Made by a program: the position numbers and the translations under genes. 64,000 nucleotides of DNA, from NCBI GenBank assembly GCA_030324005.1, contig JARDVH010000132.1, positions 88,743,595-88,807,594 on the forward strand. The letters are read 5' to 3'. The stretch is from Negaprion brevirostris (Eukaryota). Shown here piece by piece: positions 1 through 13,949 of the stretch (the first letter of the stretch is position 1; each line of letters begins with the position of its first letter). Below the pieces are notes generated by a model. That model was not told the origin of the DNA. It saw nothing but the letters and a program-made list of their open reading frames with translations, and ran no database searches.

Positions 1-1384
1 GGCTGTACCTTTGGGCTGCCCTCATGTGTATCTGTAGCAGTGCCTTGAGTAGAATGCATTTCCTATGTGCCTTGATATTTAAGAATAGCACCATCAGTGC
101 TGCGCCTTGTAGTTCACAATTTACATAGTTGTCACTGTGCCAGCCAAGACCTTTATGCAGTACACCTTCCTAAAAAGGATCAGCACAATGCCTCTGCAGA
201 TTTAAATTCAAGCTCTTTCCCTTGCCCTGTCAGGAATATATCTCCATTCTTTTCAATTAGTGTAACCAAATAACTAAATATAGCTGTGCCTTTATGGGTT
301 CATAAAATGGCACAACAACAAATGAAGCCTGGTAATCTTGAAATAAGCAGGGAAAAGTGCTCAGTTTATACTGAGCATTGTAGAGACAAATTGGTAAAAG
401 CTTGAATGTAACATTTTGGAGACAATTATGTAAGTTATGTTTTTATAAAATTCCCCTTCTTGGCAAAATCTTGCATTTTACCTTTTCCTCCCTTTTAGGC
501 CCCTGCCTCCTCCTGCCTGGGGAAGCAACCGGCCTGAAGCTATGACCAAATTTAGGCACCCACTGCATGGTGAATAGCAGGTGCAAAGTAGCCTGCTAAT
601 TCCATAGGGGCCCTATCCTGGTGCATCAGTATACTTCTACAGCTTGGACGTCAGTCATTATAGTTCTTTGTTGNNNNTGAATAAAATGGAGATGTTTCAA
701 AGCAAATAGAATGGAATGTGTTGAGCGTGAAGAGTTTTTCACAATAATTAGTATTCATCTGTGAGTATTAGAATACACACATTAGTATTCACTGATTGTG
801 TAGGAGCGAGTTCCTAAGTTAGATATGTAAAAAAATGATTATCGTTTTTTCTTAAATATGCCTTCTGGAGGGATGAGTTCATAGGAATTCTTTTAAAGCA
901 AAATACAGCCTACATACCGTGCGCTCAGTAATTATCTGCCAAATACTTTTTCACTGCTTGTTCTCTTGCACTGCTGTTTTTAATGTTTGATTTATTTGTA
1001 GACGTCTAGACAAATTTAAAATTAAAATAATAAAAGCTCATTTTGAAGGAGCACAGATTTAGCCCACAATTGGCTTATGGTATTTCCTGTCTGATGCAAT
1101 CGAGTACCAAGTCTTGGAACAGTTGGTAACAGAATAGAAGATAGAAAGTGTTTTGACTGACCAGGGTGCAATATTTGTGGTCTTTTCACCACAAAACCTC
1201 TGTCAGATGTGGTGTTGGTGAGTTTGACTTCAGAAACCAAAAATAAAATGAAAAAATTAAGAACAGAATATTCAACAATAATTTATCAATAGTGGTCTTT
1301 TCAAGCCATTTTATGTTTTGTGGTATTACGTAATGTAAGCTATTTTTTACAGCTTGGGTTTTAGTCTGTGTTTTCAGTTTTCTC

Positions 1385-2440
1385 AAGCAGAGAGTTGGAA
1401 TAAATGGGTGCTTTTCCGGTTGGCAGTCAGTGATTACTAGCGTGCCGCAGGGATCGGTGCTGGGGCCTCAACTATTTATCGTATACATAGATGATCTGGA
1501 GGAGGGGACCAACTGTAGGGTAACAAAGTTTGCGGATGACACAAAGATGAGTGGGAAAGCAAATTGCATGGAGGACACAAAGTCTGCAGAGAGATTTGGA
1601 TAGGCTAAGTNNNNNNNNNNNNNNNNNNNNNNNNNNNNNNNNNNNNNNNNNNNNNNNNNNNNNNNNNNNNNNNNNNNNNNNNNNNNNNNNNNNNNNNNNN
1701 NNNNNNNNNNNNNNNNNNNNNNNNNNNNNNNNNNNNNNNNNNNNNNNNNNNNNNNNNNNNNNNNNNNNNNNNNNNNNNNNNNNNNNNNNNNNNNNNNNNN
1801 NNNNNNNNNNNNNNNNNNNNNNNNNNNNNNNNNNNNNNNNNNNNNNNNNNNNNNNNNNNNNNNNNNNNNNNNNNNNNNNNNNNNNNNNNNNNNNNNNNNN
1901 NNNNNNNNNNNNNNNNNNNNNNNNNNNNNNNNNNNNNNNNNNNNNNNNNNNNNNNNNNNNNNNNNNNNNNNNNNNTGAGGGGGTTAGCTTTATGAGGAGA
2001 GATTGAGTAGACTGGGCCTGGACTCATTGGAGTTTAGAAGGCTGAGGCGAGATCTTATTAGAGACATTTAAGATAATGAAGGGGCTAGACAGGGTAGAAG
2101 CAGTGAGATTATTTCCACTTAGAATTGAAACAAGAACTAGAGGGCACAGCGTCAAACTACGGGGGAGTCAATTTAGAACAGAGTTGAGGAGGAACTTCTT
2201 CTCCTAGAGGGTTGTGAATCTTTGGAATTCTCTGCCCATTGAAGCAATGGAGGCTACCTCATTAAATGTGTTTAAGTCACAAATAGATAGATTTCTGATC
2301 AATAAGGGAATTAAGGATTATGGGGAGCAGACGTGTAAGTGGAACTGAACGACTATTGTATCAGCCATGATCTTATTGAATGACGGGGCAGGCTTGAGGG
2401 GCTAGGTGGCCTACTCCTGCTCCTATTTCTTATGTTCTTT
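1385..2440 (+). mobile_element. CR1/HER1-type LINE, 5'-truncated (RT plus 3' UTR), with internal N gap
   Basis: Translates KQRVGINGCFSGWQSVITSVPQGSVLGPQLF...KFADDTK. Ends in the CR1 tail ggcctactcctgctcctatttcttatgttct. Confidence 0.92.
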
Positions 2441-2444
2441 TGTT

Positions 2445-3035
2445 AACCAATTGATGTTGCAATGGAGGCCTGAATTATTCACCTGGCAGGCCTGAAAGTG
2501 GGCATGGAACATTCCTCTGGCCATGCTTGGCCCTGGAAGGCGATTTCGTGCTGGCTGGCCAATTAACAGGCAGCCAAATTGAACCGTGCTCTGTTCAAGG
2601 CTCAGCGCTACCGAGGATGGTGAATGCTGAAGAAAGGGAGGGAAGCCGGTGCTTCCAGTGTGCTCCCTCATGGGGACAGCCACTGCAGAGCTGTTTCAGG
2701 GAGCCGCAGACCTGTGAAAAATAAATAGCCATGGATAAACTGCAAGGAATGTGTAGGCAGCACTATCTTACACAAACCTCACTCCCCAGACACAGCCGTT
2801 AATTTTATTTCAGCCCTGACTTGCATCAAAGTTGCAGCTAAAATGTAAAGGCCATCTAGCCAATCAGCCCACCCGCCAACAATAAAGGCGGATGGGCCAT
2901 GTAAAATTNNNNNNNNNNNNTAATGGACTAAATTGCTTGCTTGAGTTTTGGCAGGCATGCTTCTGACTCTTGTGCGCCCGCCAATGAAATATCACGCAAA
3001 TGTGATTTCATGTGTGTGACTGCAGTTTTCACCTG
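2445..3035. repeat. Degenerate GC-richer non-autonomous DNA-transposon-like repeat
   Basis: Internal inverted motifs (ggccaattaa, cccgcc...ggcgg, aaaatt) resemble other fold-back elements in the window. Ends are unclear. Confidence 0.35.
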
Positions 3036-3840
3036 AGTTTCTGGCTGGGATGTATATACATCTGCTTTGTTGTGAATGGTCAGACTCGAGTGAGAATACC
3101 ATAAACCCTGTAAAGTTACCCACTTTTCAGGTATTGCCCACCTCTGTTTACGTTAGAATAAAAGCACAAATTTTAATCCCCTGCACCCAATGAGAGCCAG
3201 ATGTTACTAGGCAGATTAAGATGGGGATAGGTTACTTGATTCATTTTAAAGGAACACAGATATAACTCACAATTGGTCCTACATTAACTTGTTGGCAAAT
3301 AGCACCAGGTCAGAAGAGGCCTGGGGAAAGTAAGCTTTTATATGGTTTACTTCAGTCTGTGAGGAAACCTTTGGACAACCTCCTCCTGCTGTCTTGACCA
3401 CAGTCACCTTCTGATCAGTTGGTATCAGGATCGTTACTTTGGCACTCCAAAGACAGCCTTGTTCTTTCCATCATCTGCTGCTGCTCGCTGGCCAGACAGT
3501 GATTCTTACCTGCTTCAGATGGAAGACTCAGTTTTAGTATGGGAATGAGATCTGATTAATATCCCTCTGTGCCTTATGTGTTGCCTTGATGTGAGTGCGC
3601 AGCTCACCTCATCCCTTGCATCAGCCCTGTACCTCAAGTAAAAAGTTTGCCATTATACTTAGCCTGACTGTTTTTAGATCCACTTCTGTCTTTTGCTTTT
3701 ATCCATATGTAATTCCCAACTTATTACAAGCACTTTTGCAGTTTTGAGTTGGATGCTTATTCAGTCACTGGACACCATTACATGCCAGGATGATTAATGT
3801 TCCTGTGATCTTTTATCAAGTAGTTTTCTTTATTTTTAGC

Positions 3841-5065
3841 ACATAAGTTCAGGAGTAGACCATCCAGCCACTTGAGCCTGCTCCACCATTCAGTATGATT
3901 ATGGTTGATGATCTGTCTGAATACCACTTTCTATTCTGCTCCCCAAATCCCTGATTCCCCGAGAGATTAAAAATCTGTTTCAGCCTTGAATATACTCAGT
4001 GATGGAGCATCCACAATCCTCTGGGATAGAGAATTCCAAGGATTACCACATTCTGAGTGAAGATATTTCTCCGCATTTCAGTACTAAATGACCAACCCCT
4101 TATCTTGACACCATGCCACAGTGTTCTCAATTCCCCAGCCAGGAGAAACAACCTCCTTGCCTATCCTATCAAGTCCCTTCAGAATCTTGTATGTTTCAAT
4201 GAGACCTCCTCTTCTAAACTCCAANNNNNNNNNNNNNNNNNNNNNNNNNNNNNNNNNNNNNNNNNNNNNNNNNNNNNNNNNNNNNNNNNNNNNNNNNNNN
4301 NNNNNNNNNNNNNNNNNNNNNNNNCAAAGGGTGCAGGCCCAATATTCTCAGTCTCTCATCATGGGGCAACCTCACCTCAGGAATCAATCTACTGAACCTT
4401 AACTGTACCACAACTTTATTGTTCAAGGTATTTGCTTTCTCATTGCATACTGTACCTGCATGGCAACTTTCATATGTGTATACTCCAAGCTCTCTGAACA
4501 TCAACTTCAAATTTCACAGCTTTTTAAAATATTGAGCTTTTCTCTTCTAACTACTAAAGTGAATAATTTTATATTTCCCCACATTATGCTCCATTGCCAC
4601 CTTATTGCCAACTCTCTTAACCTGTCCACATCTCTTTGTAACTCCTTTGTGTCTTCCTCTTAGCTTACATTCTCACCGAGCTTTGTATTATCAGCAAACC
4701 TGGATATTACTCTTTGTCTTGATTTTTGCAATTGCAGCCTCCCAACTTAAAAATGTCCCATTTACCGTTCTTCTCTGCTTCTTGTCCATTAGCCAATCCA
4801 CAATCCTTGCTAATGTATTACAAAACTCCACAAACCGATATCTTACAGACTAATTTAATATGGAGCACCCTTCAAATACCTTTCTGAAATTGAAGCATGC
4901 AGCATCTACTGGTTCCCCTTTACTCTCCCAGTTACATGCTCAAAAAACTTTAATAATTTTATCAACTCCAACTTTCCTCCAGTAAAACAATGTTAACTTT
5001 GTCTCATCAGACTGATTCTTAAAGCACTTTGTGAAGACTAATAAATTCCAACATTCTCTGACAGT
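3841..5065 (-). mobile_element. CR1 LINE 3' portion, decayed
   Basis: Reverse-strand CR1 tail (acataag..aggagtagaccatccagcc...cctgctccaccattca) followed by decayed RT sequence. Confidence 0.8.
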
Positions 5066-5861
5066 GGTCTTAGATGAAACTAATCTTTTTGCAACTTTTG
5101 TATCACATATAACCCTGAGGTGATCAAGATCAATGGCCGAGGTTCCTTCGTCAACATATGCTGGATCCCCATTCCTGTCTTACTTGCAGTCACACACATC
5201 CCCCTGCCCCAGCCCCTCACCATTGACCAATGCTATTTTACTTAATGTGTGTACCTCCTGGTACAAGTGCCCAAGGAACTCTGCTTTTCCTGGTGCCAAG
5301 CAATGTCTGCACTGCATACTCCAGCAGTTTTGAAATCACCTCAAGTAGTTAAATTCTTATTTGAAAAACATTATATTAATCACTCCACATTGAAGACACT
5401 TAATCCTTTAATATCCTCTTAAAAAGTGAGATAATTAAGAATTTTAGAAATCAGCCAACCATCCATAAAGGGATGTCTTTAAGGATATCCCTTAGGGATG
5501 TCAACAAACAGCTATTGTAACTTCTAGAACAGAATCTGCTAATCTCTCACTGATAAGGTCTTTTTTTTTCACTTTTAGAGGGATTGTCATGTAAATAACT
5601 TCCCATTATGATGATTATCCATCCAATGTGGTCAAGACTCTTGCTGTGTCCAAAATGAGGATCTGTTTCAATTCAGCATTGAGTCAAATGGCACCACAGA
5701 GTTCAAGTCTCCCTGATGTGTGAATCATCCCTTTCCCCTGCCAGTACAAACAGGGCCTGTCAGAAATGGAAGCAGAACTTCCTCGCCTGTGTCCCGCCTG
5801 CCATTTCACAACCTCCACATAGTGTCTGTGACTCTGCATGAGTCCAGCCCAAAGTTTTAGG

Positions 5862-5940
5862 TTGCCAATCTTTCATCAGACCTGGGAAAGGATAGAAATG
5901 AGATAGGCTTTAAGGAAGTGAAAAGAGGGAGGGTGGATCT
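5862..5940 (-). mobile_element. Penelope-like fragment (second PLE family)
   Basis: ctttcatcagacctgggaaagg... carries a reverse-strand CTGATGA. It resembles the family at 19228 and 49280. Confidence 0.35.
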
Positions 5941-6230
5941 TTTGCTACTTTTCTTTGTTAAATATACATCTGGGGTGCATGAATTATAATACAACTGGGA
6001 AAAGAAAGGAACAGGGAATGCTCCTCCAAGCCCATAACTCCAATGCTGATGTAAAGATCTCTCGGCATCCATAAGTTCCATACTTGCTGTGAAATTCCTG
6101 TCTCCTAACATCTGACCCTCCTATTGGCTGATGTAACAGTATTACAATTGAGTAAAGGCAACTACAGAGACATGAGGGAGGAGCTGGCCCAAGTTGATTG
6201 GGAGAGGACCTAGCTAGAAAGATGGTTGGA

Positions 6231-7686
6231 TTGTAAGAAGTCTCTCAACACCGGGTTGAAGTCCAACAGGTTTATTTGGTAGCACGAGCTTTTGGAGTGC
6301 TGTCCCTTCATCAGGTGAGTAGAGAGTTGAGCTCACAAACAGGGCATATGTACATACAGACTCAATTGCAAGATGATAGTTGGAATGCGAGTCTTAACAG
6401 ATAATCAAGTCTTTACAGTATGGACAACGCGAGCAGAGAGGGGGTTAAGAACAGGTTAAAGAGGTGCGAATTGTGTCAAGCCAGGACAGTTAGTAAGATT
6501 TTGCAAGCCCTACCTATCTCGCTAACTGGTTGTTGTGAATTGCATTTGGATCTTGATCAATTAAGCCAGTGGGCTGACGAATGGCAGATGAAGTTTAATT
6601 TAGATAAATGTGAGGTGATGCATTTTGGTAGATTGAACTAGGACAGGACTTGCTCACTTAATGGTAGGGCTTTGGGGAGAGTTACAGAACAAAGAGATTT
6701 AGGGGTACAGGTTCAGAGCTTTTTGAAAGTGGAGTCACAGGTAGACAGAGTGGTGAAGAAGGCATTCAGCATGTTTGGTTTCATTGGTCAGAGCATTGAA
6801 TACAGGAGTTGGGACATCTTGTTGAAGTTGTACAAGACATTGGTAAGGCTATAATTGGAATACTGTGTGCAATTCTGGTCACCCTATTATAGAAAGGATA
6901 TTATTAAACTAGAAAGAGTGCAGAAAAGATTNNNNNNNNNNNNNNNNNNNNNNNNNNNNNNNNNNNNNNNNNNNNNNNNNNNNNNNNNNNNNNNNNNNNN
7001 NNNNNNNNNNNNNNNNNNNNNNNNNNNNNNNTGGTTTCATTTGTCAGAGCATTGAATACAGGAGTTGGAATGTCTTGTTGAAGTTGTAGAAGACATTGGT
7101 AAGGCCATGCTTGGAATACTGTGTACAATTCTGCTCACCCTATTATAGAAAGGATACTATTAAACTAGAAAGAGTGCAGAAGAGATTTACTAGGATGCTA
7201 CCGGGACTTGGTGGTTTGAGTTATTACGAGAGGCTGGACAGACTGGGACTTTTTTCTCTGGAGCGCAGAAGGCTGAGGGGTGATCTTATAGAGGGGCATA
7301 GATCAGCTAGATGGTTAATACCTTTTCCCAAAGGTAGGGGAGTCTAAAACTAGAGGGCACAGGTTTAAGGTGAGAGGGGAGAGACACAAAAGGATCCAGA
7401 ATTTCAATTTTTTCACACATAGGGGTGGTGAGTGTCTGGGACAAGCTGCCAAGGTAGTGGTAGAAGTGGGTAGAATTTTGTCTTTCAAAAAGTGTTTACA
7501 TGGCTACATGGGTAAGATAGGTATAGAGGGGTATGGGCCAAATGCAGACAACTGGGACTAGCTTAGGGGTTTAAAAACAAAGGGCAGCATGGACAAGTTG
7601 GGCTGAAGGGCTTGTTTCCATGTTATAAACCTCTGTGATTCTATGACTCTATGACACCCATCCACTGCTGGCATCTCCACGTCATG
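6231..7686. mobile_element. Fold-back Penelope-like element end; right arm split by a CR1 insertion
   Basis: Left arm gtaagaagtctctcaacacc...ttcatcaggtg with a mutated hammerhead at 6283-6317. Tail gctggcatctccacgtcat ends near 7685. TSD of about 14 bp. Confidence 0.75.
6536..7655 (+). mobile_element. CR1 (HER1-like) LINE 3' part
   Basis: Translates WADEWQMKFNLDKCEVMHFG and [32 protein letters not shown]. Ends in (ctatgact)n. Confidence 0.92.
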
Positions 7687-9275
7687 GAAAGATGATGGAA
7701 AAGAAATGGCAGGAGATTCTAGGAGTAATTTGGGATACACAGCAAAATTTCATGTCAACAAAGAAGAATCATACTCGGGAGGATGAGGCAACCATGGTTC
7801 ACAAGGGAAATCAAGGACAGCATGAAACAAAATAAAAAGCATACAATATAGCGAAGATTAGTTGGAGCCAGGGGATTGGGAATCATTTAAAGACCAACAG
7901 AGGACAACTAGAAAGGAAAGAAGGGGGGAGTGGCTGAAATATGAGGGTAAGCTAACCAAGAATGTAAATGAAGATTGCAAGAATTATTTTTAAATATATA
8001 AAGGATAAGAGAGAGAGGCAAAAGTGAACATTGGACCATTGGAAAATAATGCTGGAAAACTAGTAATGGGGAACAAAGAAATTGAAGAGGAAGTAAATAG
8101 GTACTTTGCCTCAATCTTCACGGTGATAAACACCAGTAACATATGAAAAATTCAAGAGAGTCAGGGGACAGAGGTGAGTATGAATGACCATTATAAAGGA
8201 GAGGTGCTAGGGAAGCTGAAAGGTCTGAAGATAGAAAAATCACCTGGACCAGATGGACTACACATCAGAGATTTGAAGAAAATAGCTGAAGAGACAGTGT
8301 AGGCACTGGTGGCGATCTTTTGAGAATTACTACAGTCAGGGAGGATCCCAGAGGACTGGAAAGTCACTAATGTAACACACATGTTTAAGAAGAGAGGGAG
8401 GCAAAGGATGGGAAATTACAGGCCAGTTAGTCTGATCTCAGTATTGATAAAATTTTAGATTCCATTATTAAGGGCGAGATTTTGAAATACTTGGAAGTGC
8501 ATGATAACAGAGGGTGAAATCAAATATGCTGAATACAACGTGGGAAAGTGTGTGCATGTTGGTAGGAAGAAGAGAGGTGTGGACTATTTTCTAAATGGGG
8601 ACAGAATTCAGAAATCGGAAGGACAAAGGGAGTCTTAGTTCAGAATTCTCATAAGGTTAATTTGCAACATTTATAAAGCATTTGGATAAATCCTTTTGGG
8701 AAAGGATTAGAGAGATATGGGCCAAACATGGGCAATTGAGACTAGCTAGGAGCACACAATGGTCGGCATGGTCCAGTTAGGCCAAGGAGACTATTTCCAT
8801 TGCTCTGTGATTCTTTGACTTAGTTAGAAAGCCAAATGCAATGTTAGCATTCATTTCGAGAGGACTAGAATACAAAAGCAGGGATGTACTCCTGTGGCTT
8901 NNNNNNNNNNNNNNNNNNNNNNNNNNNNNNNNNNNNNNNNNNNNNNNNNNNNNNNNNNNNNNNNNNNNNNNNNNNNNNNNNNNNNNNNNNNNNNNNNNNN
9001 CGGGTTCCGTTTTATAGTCTACCCTTCTCCTTTCTTTGGGGCACAAGTTATACTGCGGTATGTGCATCGCTGCAACATGAAACAGGGGTTAAAGTGTACC
9101 TCAAGCCTCTATCTGCCCCACACAGGTTGAGACCTCACTTTGAGTCAGCTTGGAAGTGGCATTGTGTAAAGTACCACTGTAATGCAAGAAGAAGCTAAAC
9201 AAAGACATTAAACCAGGTTTAAAAGGTGCTCAGAGTGTTTGTTGGCCACTAGGCCTTTATCATTGAATAATTGAA

Positions 9276-9610
9276 CCATAGAATCCTTCAGTGCAAGAGG
9301 CCATTCGGCCCATCAAGACTGCACTGACTGTTTGACAGGGTATCTTAACCAGGCCCTCGCCCCACACAATCCCTGTAATCCCACACGTTCACCATGGCTA
9401 ATCATCTTGGGACACTAAGGGGCAATTTAACACAGCCAGCCCACCCAACCTGCACATCTTTGGAGTGTGGGAGGAAACCACAGCACCTGGAGGAAACCCA
9501 TGCAGACATGGGGAGAATGTGCAGACCCTGCACAGACAGTCATCCAAGGTAGGAATTGAACCTGGATCCCTGGCGCTGTGAGATAGCAGTGCTAACCATT
9601 GTGCCACCCT
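9276..9610 (-). mobile_element. HE1-type V-SINE (tRNA-derived) with CR1-like tail
   Basis: Head ggtggcacaatggttagcactgct on the minus strand, V-domain ggtttcctccaggtgctg, tail gggccgaatggcctc. Confidence 0.9.
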
Positions 9611-10211
9611 ATGAAATACAGTCACAGATAACCCAATAGCACGAAGCTTCTACACACCAGGAGGATGCTGACCTTTGTCTGAATTGCAACCTGCAGTGCA
9701 CAGAATCTAGCCGTGATCTGCTGCACGGATATTCCATTTGATTCCCAGCCAGTAATTACACTAAGTGATTATCCCTGCTGCGGGCATCTCATCGGAGAAG
9801 CAGCTCCACAGTGTTTCTGAGGAATGATTCCGTTCCAGAGCTCTAAGGACGGATGCCACAAAACTGCACACCTAATTGCAAAGATTAATGAATTGAAAAT
9901 TAATTGGTTAACAGATTTGTCAGGAAGCCAGCTTGTATGGTCATGCACCAGTACCAACACGCACACCTGACACAGATCTGCACATCTCCAGCTGACAACT
10001 CCAATGAAGTCAACACAACAATATACTCACTACCTTTAATGGGCACCTACAGTAACTGGCACAATATCAATCATACTTGACTCAAATTACCATTTTTCTG
10101 TACCTCAGCCTGAACGGTTGTCTCTCATTGTCATCGTATTAGACTCTAAACCTCGTTTCACCCGACAACCTCAGTGAGTCCTGAACGTTTTACCTGCCAG
10201 GAGTAGGACTA

Positions 10212-10780
10212 CTCTGGTCAGACCACATTTGGACTATTGTGAGCAATTTTGGACTCCATATTGAAGGAAGGATGTGCTGGCCTTGGAGAGGGTCCAGAAG
10301 AGGTTCACGAGAATGATCCCAGGAATGAAAATCTTGATGTTTGAGGAGTGTCTGAGGACTCTGGGTCTGTACTTGATGGAGTATAGAAGGCTGAAATGGG
10401 ATCTTATTGAAACTTACAGAATACTGAAAGGCCTAGATAAAGTGGATGGGGAAGATGTTTCCATTAGTAAGAGATACTAGGACACGAGGGCACAGCCTCA
10501 AAGTAAAGGGATGACCCTTTAGAACTGAGATGATGTGGAATTTCTTCAGTCAGAGGGTGGTGAATCAGTGGTATTCATTGCCACAGAAGGGTTGAAGGCC
10601 AGATCATTGAGTGCATTTAAGACAGAGATGGATCGGTTCTTGATTGGTAAAGGGATCAAGGATTATGGGTGAAAAAGTGGGAAAATGGAGTTGAGAAACT
10701 TATTAGCTATGATTGAATAGTGGAGCAGACTCAATGGGCTGAATGGCCTAATTCTGCTCCTATATATCATGGTTTTATGT
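10212..10780 (+). mobile_element. CR1 LINE 3' end, apparent continuation of the element broken at 8900
   Basis: Translates LVRPHLDYCEQFW...[14 protein letters not shown]. Tail gggctgaatggcctaattctgctcctat. Confidence 0.9.
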
Positions 10781-11772
10781 CGTTTTTGTCTTTCAACCAC
10801 CCATCCATTGTTCTAATCAATTCAACCATCCATAGTATTCTTCCAGCTGTTTATGTTGTTCATACATCATGCGTGTATATGCATTCACCCAGTGTAATTG
10901 TCTGTAAAGACATTATACTGATACATTCAAATAAGTAGTGAAACAAAATTGTTTTCAAAATTATTGTTCAGAGGATGTCTGTGTCCACTTATGCTTTCAG
11001 TTTTGCTTGAAGAAGTGTGTTTTAATTGGTCAAATGTTCTTTATTTTGTAATCCATTTGTTCAATTAATGATCTGGGCTTGTTATGCATTTTAGAAAGCA
11101 AAGGATTTTTTCAGTAAACTATTATTATAATTATGCTTTGTAATATATGTTATAGGTTTACAAGATACTGGATATATGTAGTTTAATACTGGAACATTGA
11201 GTTGCTATCATTTTCAAGTACTGTTATTGTTGGTGAAAGAATGGGGAATAAATTAAGAAAATGCTATTTAGGTTAGATGTGCAAACCCTTTGTAATCTTC
11301 AACTATATCAAAGGGAGTTCCCATTGCCATAAATATTTTATCTCCATGGCATCCAGTGTCATGGGACTACTTACTCTTTCAAGGCTTTTCCGTTTACTGC
11401 AATGTTGAATTCATTTATTATCAATGCCGAGCTCAAATTCAAACCAAGAAGTTTTCCACCGACTGTCCCCATTTGTTGCATATCATAGAGGAGATTAAAT
11501 GTGTTAGATTGAATCAAAGAAGACCTCTTTCGACCCAGATTATTTCAGTTGTCTGTCTTCCTTTACAATCTGCAATTACAGCACTTAATCATAGTTTTGG
11601 AAATCTTGGCTGGCTCAACAGTACATACATATTTCAACTTTGTTGATGACAGTCAAGCCAATGGAAAATGTTTCCATGAGGCATTTTAGGCATTCATGTT
11701 GTCTCCCTTATTGGCACAATTGCCTTGTGCCACTTTCACTGTTTATACTGTTTATATTAAGCTGATCTTTAC

Positions 11773-11918
11773 TTACACCCTAGCTACGACTGTAACACAA
11801 TATTCTGCTCGCTCTCCTTTTCTTCCCTATGAATGGTATGTTTTGTCTATATACTGAGCAAGAAACAATACTTTTCACTGTATACTAATACATGTGACAA
11901 TAATAAATCAAAACAAAC
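11773..11918 (+). mobile_element. 3' terminal fragment of a non-CR1 LINE (Rex1/Babar-like)
   Basis: Terminal motif cttttcactgtatactaatacatgtgacaataataaatcaaa. Confidence 0.55.
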
Positions 11919-13194
11919 ATACTGTCACTTTTTCCTTCTCTTATTTTGCACCCAGAGCTGCATATTTGGCACCAGCTGGAGTTTAGAAATCTGTCCTGCT
12001 TTTAGATATTTTTCCGGCGTTTTTTCTGTAGATATTTCAGCTATCATATTTTAAACTGTTCCTGTGGTTGAGTCTTATCTCTTTGTGGCCTTAAGAGCAT
12101 CTTCACTAGCCCGGATATCTTGGTAAATTTTGACAGGCCACCAAAGATAACAAACAGAAAATATTTAGTTCAATTTTGCTTTAAAAAACTGGGTCCATTC
12201 TGTGTTCATACATCTCAAGTCTATGAGAACAGTGGAAAGCATAGTAACAAACAAATATAGAGAACAACAGATGAACAAATAATAAAAATAACAGTCTTAT
12301 TGTATTTATTTAGCGTAAGTAAAGAAAAGGGAAAATCTAATTCCCATTCTCTATGTTATTTATTTTGTAATTAACTTTTTCTACCAGGTTATTTTCTCCT
12401 TGCATTCTTACCAGTTGTATGAGCTAGCAGACATGATCAAAGCTTGAAGAAAGCTCCAAACCATGCCTCCAATTTGAACAGCCCAAGCTAATTAAATACC
12501 CCAGAAACAGTTGCCGAAGCTTATTGGATTTGAGTTAACTGCCAGCNNNNNNNNNNNNNNNNNNNNNNNNNNNNNNNNNNNNNNNAAGTTCAAGGCTGCC
12601 AGTTCTGAGGATAACGGAATAGATCCTAAGAATATAGTTTGGTTGGAATTGCATGGCTTGATTCCTACTTTAGTAACCAGCCCTAAAGATGAACAACCAG
12701 AAGCCCTTGAATTGAAATATCCAGTAAGGACAGAAATACAATTCTGAAGTGTGGCTGGTTTTGGTGCCTTTGTGAGGTGACTCAATTAGACCAACAACTA
12801 CAAAGCTAGGATGAGGAAAAAGGACTTCACTTTTCAATAAGCACTTCAGTATGTAACATGAATCGCCCATTTCATTTTAGCAACGTAGAAGGGTTTTTGT
12901 TATTGTCAGTGCAGTGAATATGAAAAGCTGTGAAGATCACGAGAAGAATATTTAAGATCAACCCTCCTATTTGCAGTATCTGCATAAAAATGGACAATCA
13001 GCTCCTATTAATGGCTCATTAAAATACTATTTTCAGAAATTTTGCAGGATGGAAAAGTCCTGAGTAAATTGTCTCCTACATGCGGCACTCGGTGCATCAT
13101 ATACCATCGTACCTTTGTTGTATCTCAACCGTTCTCTCAAAGTGAATTGCATAAAAGCATAGGAACTGTAGGAGACCATTCAACCCCTCAGATG

Positions 13195-13529
13195 GAATCA
13201 TAGACTCCCTACAGTGCAGAAGAAGCCATTCAGCCCATCGAGTCTGCACCAACTATCTTACTTTCCCCACCCTATCACTGCAGCCCCACACATCTACCAA
13301 GACTGATTCCATCCAACCTATACGTCATGGGACACTAAGGGGCAATTTTAGCATGGCCAATCAACCTAGCCTGCACATTTTACACTGTGGGAGGAAACTG
13401 AAGTACTTGGTGGAAACCCACACTGACACAGGGACAACATGCAGACTCCACACAGACAGTCACTCAAAGCTGAAATTGAACTTGGGTCCCTGATGCTGTG
13501 AGGTAGCAGTGCTAACCATTGTGCCACGT
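13195..13529 (-). mobile_element. HE1-type V-SINE
   Basis: Full head, V-domain and CR1-like tail, similar to 9276-9610. Confidence 0.9.
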
Positions 13530-13949
13530 GGAGAATGTGAATTAGATTTCCTCTTTTTACCTACTCTGAACAAATACTGTAAAACTGTTATTTTTATTCC
13601 TTACTCATCTGTTGCTCTCTATGTTTGTTTGATACCAGTGCTTCTCATAGACATGAAGGTACTGGAGGAGCACAGAATAGATCTGTTTTGCAAATCATTG
13701 AGATCATGGCTGTTCTGTACATTGGACCACCTTTGCTCCACTACCCTTGATACCCTTAGTACAAAAGTTAATTGAACTTGGTCGCGAACATTACAGTTGT
13801 CCTAATATCCATGGCCTTTTGGGTACAATATTTCACCTTGTACAGATCACCATCAACCTCCGATATTCAAGTGAATGCATGCCACTTTTATGCAGCCTTG
13901 ACAGTTTAACTATTTAGGCTCTGTATCATTGTGATGAATCTGTGCTGAG

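Larger units (their letters stand above)
6147..8900 (+). mobile_element. Older CR1 LINE ORF2 segment interrupted by nested insertions (6231-7686; 8666-8820)
   Basis: ORF2-like text (KSPGPDGLH..., gattgg/gactggaaagtcactaatgtaac, NYRPVSL). The host sequence resumes after a duplicated gaaagatg(g/a)t(t)gga. Confidence 0.85.

Noticed and set aside
6775-7190. About 155-bp tandem duplication on either side of a 100-N gap
   Set aside because: Inside a CR1 and flanking a gap; most likely contig-end overlap or extension into paralogous copies.
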